Part shown: in pieces, positions 54,192-64,000 of the stretch
Numbering within the stretch: position 1 is the stretch's first letter
Layout: each line of letters begins with the position of its first letter
DNA from: Oligoflexia bacterium
Lineage (GTDB): Bacteria > Bdellovibrionota > UBA1018
Direction: 5' to 3'
DNA length: 64,000 nucleotides
Assembly: GCA_903881565.1 (NCBI GenBank)
Contig: CAIRTR010000232.1
Coordinates: 31,796-95,795 of the forward strand
Translations under genes and position numbers: made by a program
The notes under the pieces: model-generated
The model's input: only the letters and a program-made list of their open reading frames with translations
The model's database searches: none
Told to the model about the DNA's origin: nothing

Positions 54192-55147
54192 TTTGATCCC
54201 TCTTGATTTTCTGCGGGCAGCCCCACCAACGAGCGCAAGGTTTCGATATTCTTCTGAACGACCTTTTTTCCGCCAAAAACAGCTTCATTTCTTTTTTCGA
54301 AGTCATCTTTCCCAATCCCTGTAAGTTCGGGCTTTAGGACGAGATCGGTCGGCGAAGTCACGCTGTCCTCGTTCATGCTCACATAGACAATGGGGCCCTC
54401 CGCGCGCTCTCGAACCATCTGAAGAACAGCCTCAAGATCGACAGAAGTGCATTTCGACTTACTAAGGGATCCCATTGCACAAATAAGATTCGTCACGGCT
54501 GCTCCCTGATCAATCAGTGTGCCTTTTGAATCTGTGGCAGGGTGCAGGGCTAATTTCATCGGAATTTTGAACTGCGAGATATCCTTTGCGCCAAAAACTG
54601 AAAGCAATTCGCGCTCAACGCGCTTCGCTTTGGAGGTGGTTTCAAACAGACTCGAAACTAAGCCCTCTTGCTTGCGAAACATATCAGCCTTGAACTTCAA
54701 GAGGGCCCATTCAAAATGATTGATATTGCCATCGACCGCATAAAGCGCTCCGATGAGGGCCCCGACTTCCAATCCCACGATCATGCCAATCGGAATTTTT
54801 TCTTCTTGCAGGGCTTTAAGTACCCCGGCCGAAGCAAATCCTCTGGCCGCACCAGACCCCAACACCAAGACAATCGGTCTGACACTCGGAAGTTGAGGAC
54901 CATAAGCATTTACCGAAACAGGAGAAGGTGAAGGTATGGGCGCAGGTTCAGGGGGGCCAAAAGGTTCGGGAGGGCCAAAAGCCTGACCTCCGGTCGCTGT
55001 CGAAGAAGGTTCAGCCTTCTTATCGCCTTCTCCTGCTGCCCCACCCGCATTGCGATGAGGCGCTGTCGCGCAACCTGCGGCTGAAATACAGGCTACAGCT
55101 ACTACGAGTTTTCGGAGGGTAGATAGGGGGCGAGCGACGTGTTTCAT
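54188..55147 (-). CDS. Patatin-like phospholipase-family lipoprotein; the nucleophile serine appears replaced (G-L-E-V-G instead of G-x-S-x-G)
   Basis: Lipobox ISAAGC, an oxyanion-hole-like LVLGSGAARGFASAGVLKAL, then ...IGMIVGLEVGALIGALYA, and a downstream DQGA (DGA/G-like). Confidence 0.6.
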   Translation of the reverse strand: MKHVARPLSTLRKLVVAVACISAAGCATAPHRNAGGAAGEGDKKAEPSSTATGGQAFGPPEPFGPPEPAPIPSPSPVSVNAYGPQLPSVRPIVLVLGSGAARGFASAGVLKALQEEKIPIGMIVGLEVGALIGALYAVDGNINHFEWALLKFKADMFRKQEGLVSSLFETTSKAKRVERELLSVFGAKDISQFKIPMKLALHPATDSKGTLIDQGAAVTNLICAMGSLSKSKCTSVDLEAVLQMVRERAEGPIVYVSMNEDSVTSPTDLVLKPELTGIGKDDFEKRNEAVFGGKKVVQKNIETLRSLVGLPAENQEGSK

Positions 55148-55878
55148 TCAATCATTTTCCAGTACGCCAAAAATTCACAGTTGCCGTTTGTTCCTGTAAT
55201 TGGAGATTCTATCAAGCCCTTTCGAATGAAGCCAAGGGATTCGGCGATTTTCGTTATTCTATCGACCGCGTCAAGTCGATCACTTTCGTTGCGAACAATT
55301 CCGCCCTTTCCGACCTTTTCTTTACCCACTTCAAATTGTGGCTTTATCAGAGTGATCCAATCGGTTTCAGGCGTTGAAAAAACTCGAAGCGGGCCCAGGA
55401 TTTTATCGAGCGAGATGAATGAGACGTCAATGACGATGAGATCGACTTTCTCACCAATCCAGTCAAACTCAGCGTATCGAGCATTTTTGCCTTCATAGAC
55501 TTTGACGCGAGGATCTTTACGGATGGACCAATCCAATTGACTATGACCCACGTCAAGCGCATGAACCTTCTTGGCGCCCCTCATGAGCAATACTTGTGTA
55601 AAGCCGCCTGTTGAAGCTCCAACATCCAGGCCTGTGCGGCCTTCGACGGAGCATCCAAACTGCTCAATCGCCGCCATAAGTTTTATGCCGCCGCGTGAGA
55701 CATAAGGAGATTTCTCGCCGCGAACTCGAATCGATAAATTCTCATCGACCGGTGTACCCGCTTTTGTCATTGGGACATCGGAGACCAGAACGTCCCCACT
55801 AAGAATGAGCGCCTGAGCCTTCTGCCGACTGGCGGCCAAGCCCAGCTCTACTAGAAGCAAATCGAGACGTTTTTTCAT
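55144..55878 (-). CDS. tlyA: TlyA-family rRNA 2'-O-methyltransferase/hemolysin
   Basis: S4 domain (RLDLLLVELGLAASRQKAQALILSG) plus an FtsJ-like MTase with GLDVGASTGGFTQVLL. Confidence 0.85.
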   Translation of the reverse strand: MKKRLDLLLVELGLAASRQKAQALILSGDVLVSDVPMTKAGTPVDENLSIRVRGEKSPYVSRGGIKLMAAIEQFGCSVEGRTGLDVGASTGGFTQVLLMRGAKKVHALDVGHSQLDWSIRKDPRVKVYEGKNARYAEFDWIGEKVDLIVIDVSFISLDKILGPLRVFSTPETDWITLIKPQFEVGKEKVGKGGIVRNESDRLDAVDRITKIAESLGFIRKGLIESPITGTNGNCEFLAYWKMIE

Positions 55879-55881
55879 CGA

Positions 55882-56142
55882 TTAGGTTCTATTGTTCGTA
55901 GGAAACGGCTTAAGCTCTGGGTTTCCGGACGCATCCTTAGTTAAAACTTCGACCCTTTTTTCAGCGGCGGACAGATAGTTCTCGCAGGCACGGGTGAGCT
56001 TGACTCCGTCTTCGAAGTTCTTGAGCGCGTCTTCCAGACTCAACTCGCCGCTTTCAAGCTTTTTCACGGTTTCCTGTAAAAGCGAAAGCGACTGTTCAAA
56101 GCTCATCGTGGTTTCTGGATTTTCGACGTTATCTTTATTCAT
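55882..56142 (-). CDS. xseB: Exodeoxyribonuclease VII small subunit
   Basis: FEQSLSLLQETVKKLESGELSLEDALKNFEDGVKLTRACENYL is canonical XseB. Confidence 0.8.
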   Translation of the reverse strand: MNKDNVENPETTMSFEQSLSLLQETVKKLESGELSLEDALKNFEDGVKLTRACENYLSAAEKRVEVLTKDASGNPELKPFPTNNRT

Positions 56143-56168
56143 AGGTAATGAGAGCTTTAGCACAGCGC

Positions 56169-58220
56169 TTATTGGGGGCCAATTACGTTTACGACCCCTG
56201 GAGAGACAAAAAAGAGTTCCGAATAGCGCGTTTTCTCCTCCCGATCTTCTATTTTGATAATTCCTAGCCCTTCGGGCAACTGCACTGAAACGACGCGCGA
56301 TGACTCTGTTCGCATTGGTTCCCGCGACATGAGCTGCCCGGTAGCTGAGAGCAGATACGTCTCGGGTGCGAATGCAGGCGCTTCTGCTAAGGACTTGACG
56401 GTCGGAAACAATTCTCCGTCTCCGCGATTTTCGACCAGCTGGGGGAAGGCTCCAACCAGAAGACCGCTTAGTTCGCTGACTCCACCTTCAAGGCTATGAA
56501 TCCAAGATGAGATTTGTTCAGTCCCGAATTGATAAAGAAAAATTCGCTCCTCCGCATGAATGATCATCTGGCTCCGATGAACAAATCCGCCTTCGCTCTC
56601 CGTTTCAAAAACCAGAGGATATTTTTCTGAAACCTTTATGTGCGAAAACTGAAAGTTGCCTTCGCGATCCGTGCGCGTTGCAGCAGCCGAGAAGCCTGGA
56701 AGTGTCACTTGGGCCCGCGCAATTGGGGAAGCACCCGACTCTTGAGCAAGAATCAGGTTTCCCCTGATGGTCTTCTCGGTGAGTCCATCAAAGTTTACAT
56801 AGGTTGCAGATCCCACGAAAACCGGAACCCCCACCGCAAACTCACTGGCTCCTTTTACGTTTATCATTCGGACAATATTTGCGCCGGGCTGTGCATTCAG
56901 AAGGACAAAGGTTCGGACGCCACGCCGCTCAGAAGGTGCCACCACATTATAGTTTGAATCAAAGAGAATCGGCTTTTCAGAACGGCCGGAGTACTCGACA
57001 CCCATTCCATCTGGGAGCACGCCATAGACGATTCCTGATGAGGCCTGATAGATCGCCCCAGCGGATAGCTCCAAAATTCGCCGAGAGTTCTCGGAAAGCA
57101 AAGGAACCCTGTCCTCCAAGGTGGACGCGATCGTGGGAATGTGATTAGAGGCCTTTAAAGTCACCCAATTTCCTAAACGTGACTTCTCATCAACAACCAC
57201 CTGAGTATCCACACTGAAAGCTTCTACGTAGTTCTTGATTACTCGTCCGCGCGAATCCAGAAGCGCTTGAGTATTCAAAGAAGCTTTAGGTGAGGTCTTG
57301 GTTGGTGAAAATGCGGTCCCTTGCTGCGCCTTCTGAATAGTCAGCTTTGCGCCAGTCGAGGCGGTTAACAGAACCGAATCTCCTGTTGCTGATGTCTGTG
57401 CTTTCCCAAGATCTGTCTTGCCCTGGGGCGAAAAATAGGATGCAAACAGCTTTTGCACCCGGCTTGCTAACTCTGGGTCCTGGATGGGTTCCGGTTGAGA
57501 TATTAAATTTGACCTCGGTTGTGAAACGCCTACCGGCTGTTCATCATTATATGGTGATACATAAGGTGATACCCGGTTCGAAACTTTCGGTGCAGAAACT
57601 TCGACGGGTTTGGTTATTCGAGCATGAGTACTCACGCTCTTCGCTGGAGACGCTACCGGTAACACCATGGTGTTGGCTACAGCCTTCATCGCCGGCTTTG
57701 GTAAATCACCTTGAGTATTCAAATTTATTTTTGGAGTAGTCACTTCAGCTCGCTTAGCAACAAGGATGGGCTTAGCTTCGCGGTCCCCACTCGTTGCCAC
57801 ATACTCAAACTGAGAAATCAATGCCTCGTGAACCGCCTGCAACCTCTTTAACTCCGATACTTCACGGACAATCTTTACCGGGCGTGGCTTCGGCGCTGCT
57901 CGCGATGTCACAATGCGATCTGCGGTCAACGGGTCTGTTGGGACACTTACAGCCTGCACTTCGACCCTCGCGACAATAGGCGCAGCTGGCGCAGATTGGA
58001 CCGCAGTAGCTATAAGTGTAGGAGGCTTCGCCATCCAGCCCCATTGATCAGTCCGAACTATAATCTTATTTTCTTGATGATGATGTACAACTCTTTGTGA
58101 AGCCAGGAGTGCAGTTCCAACGAAAACGAGGGCAAAACTAGCCATAAACGCTTGCGCGCGCGATTGCCCAAATCTCCAAAATCCATAATGGGAACTGACT
58201 CCGTCCTTGGAAAAGCTCAC
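56169..58220 (-). CDS. Large membrane-anchored/secreted hypothetical protein (683 aa)
   Basis: An N-terminal hydrophobic anchor, Pro/Ala/Val-rich low-complexity N-terminal third, and a globular C-terminal two-thirds. Confidence 0.65.
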   Translation of the reverse strand: MSFSKDGVSSHYGFWRFGQSRAQAFMASFALVFVGTALLASQRVVHHHQENKIIVRTDQWGWMAKPPTLIATAVQSAPAAPIVARVEVQAVSVPTDPLTADRIVTSRAAPKPRPVKIVREVSELKRLQAVHEALISQFEYVATSGDREAKPILVAKRAEVTTPKINLNTQGDLPKPAMKAVANTMVLPVASPAKSVSTHARITKPVEVSAPKVSNRVSPYVSPYNDEQPVGVSQPRSNLISQPEPIQDPELASRVQKLFASYFSPQGKTDLGKAQTSATGDSVLLTASTGAKLTIQKAQQGTAFSPTKTSPKASLNTQALLDSRGRVIKNYVEAFSVDTQVVVDEKSRLGNWVTLKASNHIPTIASTLEDRVPLLSENSRRILELSAGAIYQASSGIVYGVLPDGMGVEYSGRSEKPILFDSNYNVVAPSERRGVRTFVLLNAQPGANIVRMINVKGASEFAVGVPVFVGSATYVNFDGLTEKTIRGNLILAQESGASPIARAQVTLPGFSAAATRTDREGNFQFSHIKVSEKYPLVFETESEGGFVHRSQMIIHAEERIFLYQFGTEQISSWIHSLEGGVSELSGLLVGAFPQLVENRGDGELFPTVKSLAEAPAFAPETYLLSATGQLMSREPMRTESSRVVSVQLPEGLGIIKIEDREEKTRYSELFFVSPGVVNVIGPQ

Positions 58221-58258
58221 TGTAAGTAAGTTTATCCTACGAACGGAGCTAATGACAA

Positions 58259-58683
58259 CTAAGTTTTATCTCCAGAAGAAGATCCCACCTGCTGTCTCAC
58301 CAACGCGCGCTGAAGCTTGAGTTGGTATTTCCGGAACCTGTGCTCCTCGAGGTCAGCATCACGCAGAGTGTCCTCCGCAAGCTTCTGAGCCTTCTTCGCG
58401 CGATCCACATCAATCTCACTATGGAGCTCAAGCGTTTCCGCCATGACCGTCACATGATTGTCGCTGACATGGAAAAAGCCGCTGGAGATGACCCCAAAGG
58501 AGTTTTCGCCTGTATCCAGGCGATAGCGAAAAATACCTGTTTCAAGGTTACCGACGATCGGCGCATGTCCCTCGAGAATCTGAAGCTCGCCCTCGCTCCC
58601 GGTCAACGTAAGCTCTTGAATCGCAATCGCGCTCAATAGCCTACGCTCGGGAGTAAGAACTGTGAGTTTCAATGGCGTAGACA

Positions 58684-58684
<1 letters not shown>
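58259..58684 (-). CDS. atpC: ATP synthase epsilon subunit
   Basis: LKLTVLTPERRLL...ELTLTGSEGELQILEGHAP, positioned after atpD. Confidence 0.9.
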
Positions 58685-61064
<2,380 letters not shown>

Positions 61065-61067
61065 GGA

Positions 61068-62576
61068 TTACGCCGTGAAAATTTGGTCAAACTCCTTAAG
61101 GGCCGCATCAAGCTTGGGGGTCAATTCCTCATCAAGCTTGCCCTTCTTCACAATGCCCACCAAAATATCTGAATGCTTCTTTTCAAGAAACTCGAGAAGC
61201 TGAGTTTCATAGTCCTTTAACTTATCAAGTGGGAACCGATCCACAAATCCCTTCGTTCCCGCATAAATCACGATAACCTGGTTCTCAATCGGCATTGGCA
61301 CGTATTGCCCCTGTTTAAGAAGTTCGGTGAGTCGTGATCCGCGCGCAAGCTGTCTTTGGGTCGCAGCATCCAAATCACTCCCAAACTGCGAGAAGGCCGC
61401 TTTTTCCCGATACTGAGCCAAATCCAACCGCAACGTCCCTGAAATCTGGCGCATCGCCTTGATCTGAGCAGAACCGCCGACTCGAGAAACCGAGATCCCG
61501 ACATTCACCGCAGGACGAACCCCAGAGTAAAAAAGGTCGGTTTCGAGATAAATCTGACCATCCGTAATCGAAATCACGTTCGTAGGAATATACGCCGAAA
61601 CGTCGCCTGCCTGGGTTTCAATAATTGGAAGCGCAGTCAAAGAACCGCCGCCCAATTTATCAGAAAGTTTTGCGGCGCGCTCAAGCAAACGCGAGTGCAG
61701 ATAGAAAACGTCGCCAGGATAGGCTTCGCGGCCTGGAGGACGTCTCAAAAGAAGAGACAACTGCCGATAAGCCTGCGCTTGCTTCGTCAAATCATCATAA
61801 ACGATCAGCGCATGTTTTCCGCTATCGCGGAAAAATTCGCCCATCGTGACGCCGGTGTAAGGAGCCAAGAACTGAAGCGGTGCTTGATCCGAAGCAGAAG
61901 CCGAAACCACAATCGTGTGCTCCATCGCACCGTGGGCGCGAAGCTTATCCACCACCTGGGCAACGGTAGATTGTTTTTGGCCGATGGCAACGTAAATACA
62001 AAACACGCCTTTGCCTTTTTGATTGATGATCGTATCAATCGCGACAGCGGTTTTCCCCGTTTGGCGGTCACCAATGATTAATTCTCGCTGTCCACGACCA
62101 ATTGGGATCATAGCGTCGATCGCTTTGATCCCAGTTTGGAGCGGTTCTTTCACGCTTTGGCGCTCAACGATCCCGGGAGCTTTTACTTCGACTTTGCGAA
62201 AACTTTTTGATTTAAGCTCGCCCTTGCCATCGATCGGGACGCCCAAGGCGTTAACGACGCGACCCAAGAGCTCCTCACCCACAGGAACCTGCACAATCTT
62301 ATTCGTACGGCGAACAGAGGTGCCTTCTTTCAAGAGGGTGTCGTCACCAAGAATCGCGATACCCACACTCTCTTCTTCAAGATTAAGAACCATGCCGTAA
62401 ACGTTTGAACCGAAGTCCACCAATTCGCCGGCCATCGCTTTTTCCAGGCCATAAACCTTCGCGACGCCATCCCCAACCGAAACCACAGTTCCTGTCTCGG
62501 AAACATCAAGCTGCTTCTCGAAGCTCGCGAGTTGTGTTTTTAAAATTTGAGTAATTTCTTCTGCCTTAATCTGCAT
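61068..62576 (-). CDS. atpA: ATP synthase alpha subunit
   Basis: [18 protein letters not shown] Walker A, conserved throughout. Confidence 0.95.
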   Translation of the reverse strand: MQIKAEEITQILKTQLASFEKQLDVSETGTVVSVGDGVAKVYGLEKAMAGELVDFGSNVYGMVLNLEEESVGIAILGDDTLLKEGTSVRRTNKIVQVPVGEELLGRVVNALGVPIDGKGELKSKSFRKVEVKAPGIVERQSVKEPLQTGIKAIDAMIPIGRGQRELIIGDRQTGKTAVAIDTIINQKGKGVFCIYVAIGQKQSTVAQVVDKLRAHGAMEHTIVVSASASDQAPLQFLAPYTGVTMGEFFRDSGKHALIVYDDLTKQAQAYRQLSLLLRRPPGREAYPGDVFYLHSRLLERAAKLSDKLGGGSLTALPIIETQAGDVSAYIPTNVISITDGQIYLETDLFYSGVRPAVNVGISVSRVGGSAQIKAMRQISGTLRLDLAQYREKAAFSQFGSDLDAATQRQLARGSRLTELLKQGQYVPMPIENQVIVIYAGTKGFVDRFPLDKLKDYETQLLEFLEKKHSDILVGIVKKGKLDEELTPKLDAALKEFDQIFTA

Positions 62577-62618
62577 ACGACCCTCTTTTCACGTTCAATA
62601 AAAAACTAAGCGCTTCGT

Positions 62619-63176
62619 TCAACTCGCGACAATACCGGCGACGGCTTTGTCGCGCAGTCGTTGCAAACGAGATCGCAACGTTCCATCATAAGAAACACCA
62701 TTCACGGTCACTTTAATCCCAGCAAGCATGCTCGGATCCGTCGAAACACGGAAAGCGACCTTTTTGCCAAGCTTTCGCTGGAATGCTTTCGCGAGTCCAT
62801 CAATCTCCCCAGCGCTCATGGGATCCGCAGAAACGGCCACTGCAGAAACTCCACCTTCGGCCGCCAAACGAACCTCTGTTACCGCCAGACGAATATCATT
62901 CAAAGCGGGCATGCGCCTTTTTTTCGCAACTAATTCAATAAAACGCGCCAGCAGCGGGTTCATATTAATCTTCTTTGCAACTTCACGAACAACTTGCGCC
63001 TTTTCGGCTGTTGTCACCAACGGCCCTGACAAAGCGGTTCTCACTTCTTTAGAGCCTTCAATTGCCCGAACGATAAGTTCGAATTGAAGCTCGATGTCAT
63101 CAAGCACTTCGGGCTTCGCGCCCGACTCGATTGCGGCTTCATACAAAGCTTTTGCATAGGATCGTGCGAGACTCAT
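62619..63176 (-). CDS. atpH: ATP synthase delta subunit (OSCP)
   Basis: MSLARSYAKALYEAA..., 185 aa, between atpF and atpA. Confidence 0.85.
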   Translation of the reverse strand: MSLARSYAKALYEAAIESGAKPEVLDDIELQFELIVRAIEGSKEVRTALSGPLVTTAEKAQVVREVAKKINMNPLLARFIELVAKKRRMPALNDIRLAVTEVRLAAEGGVSAVAVSADPMSAGEIDGLAKAFQRKLGKKVAFRVSTDPSMLAGIKVTVNGVSYDGTLRSRLQRLRDKAVAGIVAS

Positions 63177-63646
63177 TGAGTCGCCTCCACTTGCTTAGAG
63201 AAATCGTCGCGGATCTTCGTGCGGTCCGCTTGGGTGAGTCGCTCTTTAACCATAATCTCAACCCGCGCAAAAACTCGCTGCGTAAGATCAACATAAAGAG
63301 AACCCTTCAACTCCTGATAAAGGCCCTCAGAGGCTGCGCGCGCGTCTGCTACGACAGCAGAAGAAGCCTTTTGTGCATCAGAGAGAACTCGGAGTCTGGC
63401 TGACTGTGAGTCCTGCTGCGCCTGCTGCCGAAGGATAGCGGTTTGGGAATCGATTGACTTCAGTTTTGAGCTGAACTCTTCATATTTAGCTTGAGCGCCA
63501 ATTAAGTTTTCTCGAACCTCAAGAAGTTCTTTGCGAATAGAGTTGTGGCGATTAAAAACAAAATCCACAAGGGGCTGTCGCAGATAATAAACCATTATCC
63601 CAAGTAGAATCGATAAATTGATGAGTGGAGAAATCAGGGTTTCCAT
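63173..63646 (-). CDS. atpF: ATP synthase subunit b
   Basis: N-terminal TM helix ISPLINLSILLGIMVYYL and a long coiled-coil tail. Confidence 0.8.
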   Translation of the reverse strand: METLISPLINLSILLGIMVYYLRQPLVDFVFNRHNSIRKELLEVRENLIGAQAKYEEFSSKLKSIDSQTAILRQQAQQDSQSARLRVLSDAQKASSAVVADARAASEGLYQELKGSLYVDLTQRVFARVEIMVKERLTQADRTKIRDDFSKQVEATQ

Positions 63647-63669
63647 TTGATTATCTTATCCTCGCCCTT

Positions 63670-64000
63670 TCATCCATTCCTTGAAAGCAGTTTTTCCGAG
63701 ATTTCTTGGGCTAGCTTCTCAACGTCCTTATTGAGGGCTTCTTTGAGTTGATCTCGTTGCTTCAAAATAGAATCATTTGCTTCTTGTGTAATCTTCTTTG
63801 CGTCTTCTCGCGCATGCGCAAGCAGGCTAGCTTCTTCTTTTTTCGCCTCTGCTAGAGCCTTTTCGAACTCCTGGCGAATCGCTAGGCGCTCTTCAGAGAG
63901 CCGGCGCGTGTACTCGGTCAGTTTTTGTTCGGCCTGTTTTACGAGTTTTTCGGCAGACTCACGGTCCTCGACCGTTTTCTGATGTCTGAGCTCAAACAAA
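63670..64000 (-). CDS. ATP synthase subunit b' (second b-type subunit), 3-prime part; gene start lies beyond the window end
   Basis: Charged coiled coil (…AEKLVKQAEQKLTEYTRRLSEERLAIRQEFEKAL…) directly upstream of atpF. The frame is open to the window edge. Confidence 0.6.
   Translation of the reverse strand, partial: LFELRHQKTVEDRESAEKLVKQAEQKLTEYTRRLSEERLAIRQEFEKALAEAKKEEASLLAHAREDAKKITQEANDSILKQRDQLKEALNKDVEKLAQEISEKLLSRNG

Overview
This 64 kb window reads as chromosomal DNA from a flagellated Gram-negative bacterium, about 50% GC. Gene content and order are compatible with a Bdellovibrionota or deltaproteobacteria-like lineage, but that placement is tentative. Most of it is core genome. 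From the 5-prime end:

- the start of glyQS, an MsbA-type ABC exporter, a fused GalE-like epimerase/GmhB-like phosphatase, and recO;
- an accessory patch around a tRNA-Ala(CGC): a secreted ORF that reads through the tRNA, a DUF4160/BrnA-like toxin-antitoxin-like pair, an EVE-domain protein and bcp;
- a large secreted proline-rich protein, preceded by an unusual 383-bp leader containing palindromes, an SD/anti-SD hairpin and a possible Cys-rich micro-ORF;
- an RRM glycine-rich RNA-binding protein, proline dehydrogenase and an outer-membrane beta-barrel;
- a decayed islet: a truncated phd/yefM antitoxin, a frameshifted vapC, a rhuM-family gene and a large secreted protein;
- a lysine-fermentation operon (kdd-kamD-kamE) co-transcribed with a MoxR AAA+ ATPase and a VWA protein;
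- csp, an astD-like aldehyde dehydrogenase with an M20 peptidase, bamD and TPR proteins;
- a long flagellar operon, flgF-flgG-flgA-flgH-flgI-(flgJ-like)-flgM-flgN-flgK-flgL-csrA-fliW;
- folD-gcvT-gcvH, motA-motB and gcvP;
- tonB-like, PBP1A, a pseudo-patatin, tlyA and xseB;
- the ATP synthase operon atpF'-F-H-A-G-D-C, with atpF' running off the end of the window.

I found no rRNA, CRISPR array, integrase or transposase. Most candidates for novelty sit in the accessory patches and in a few intergenic RNA-like elements.
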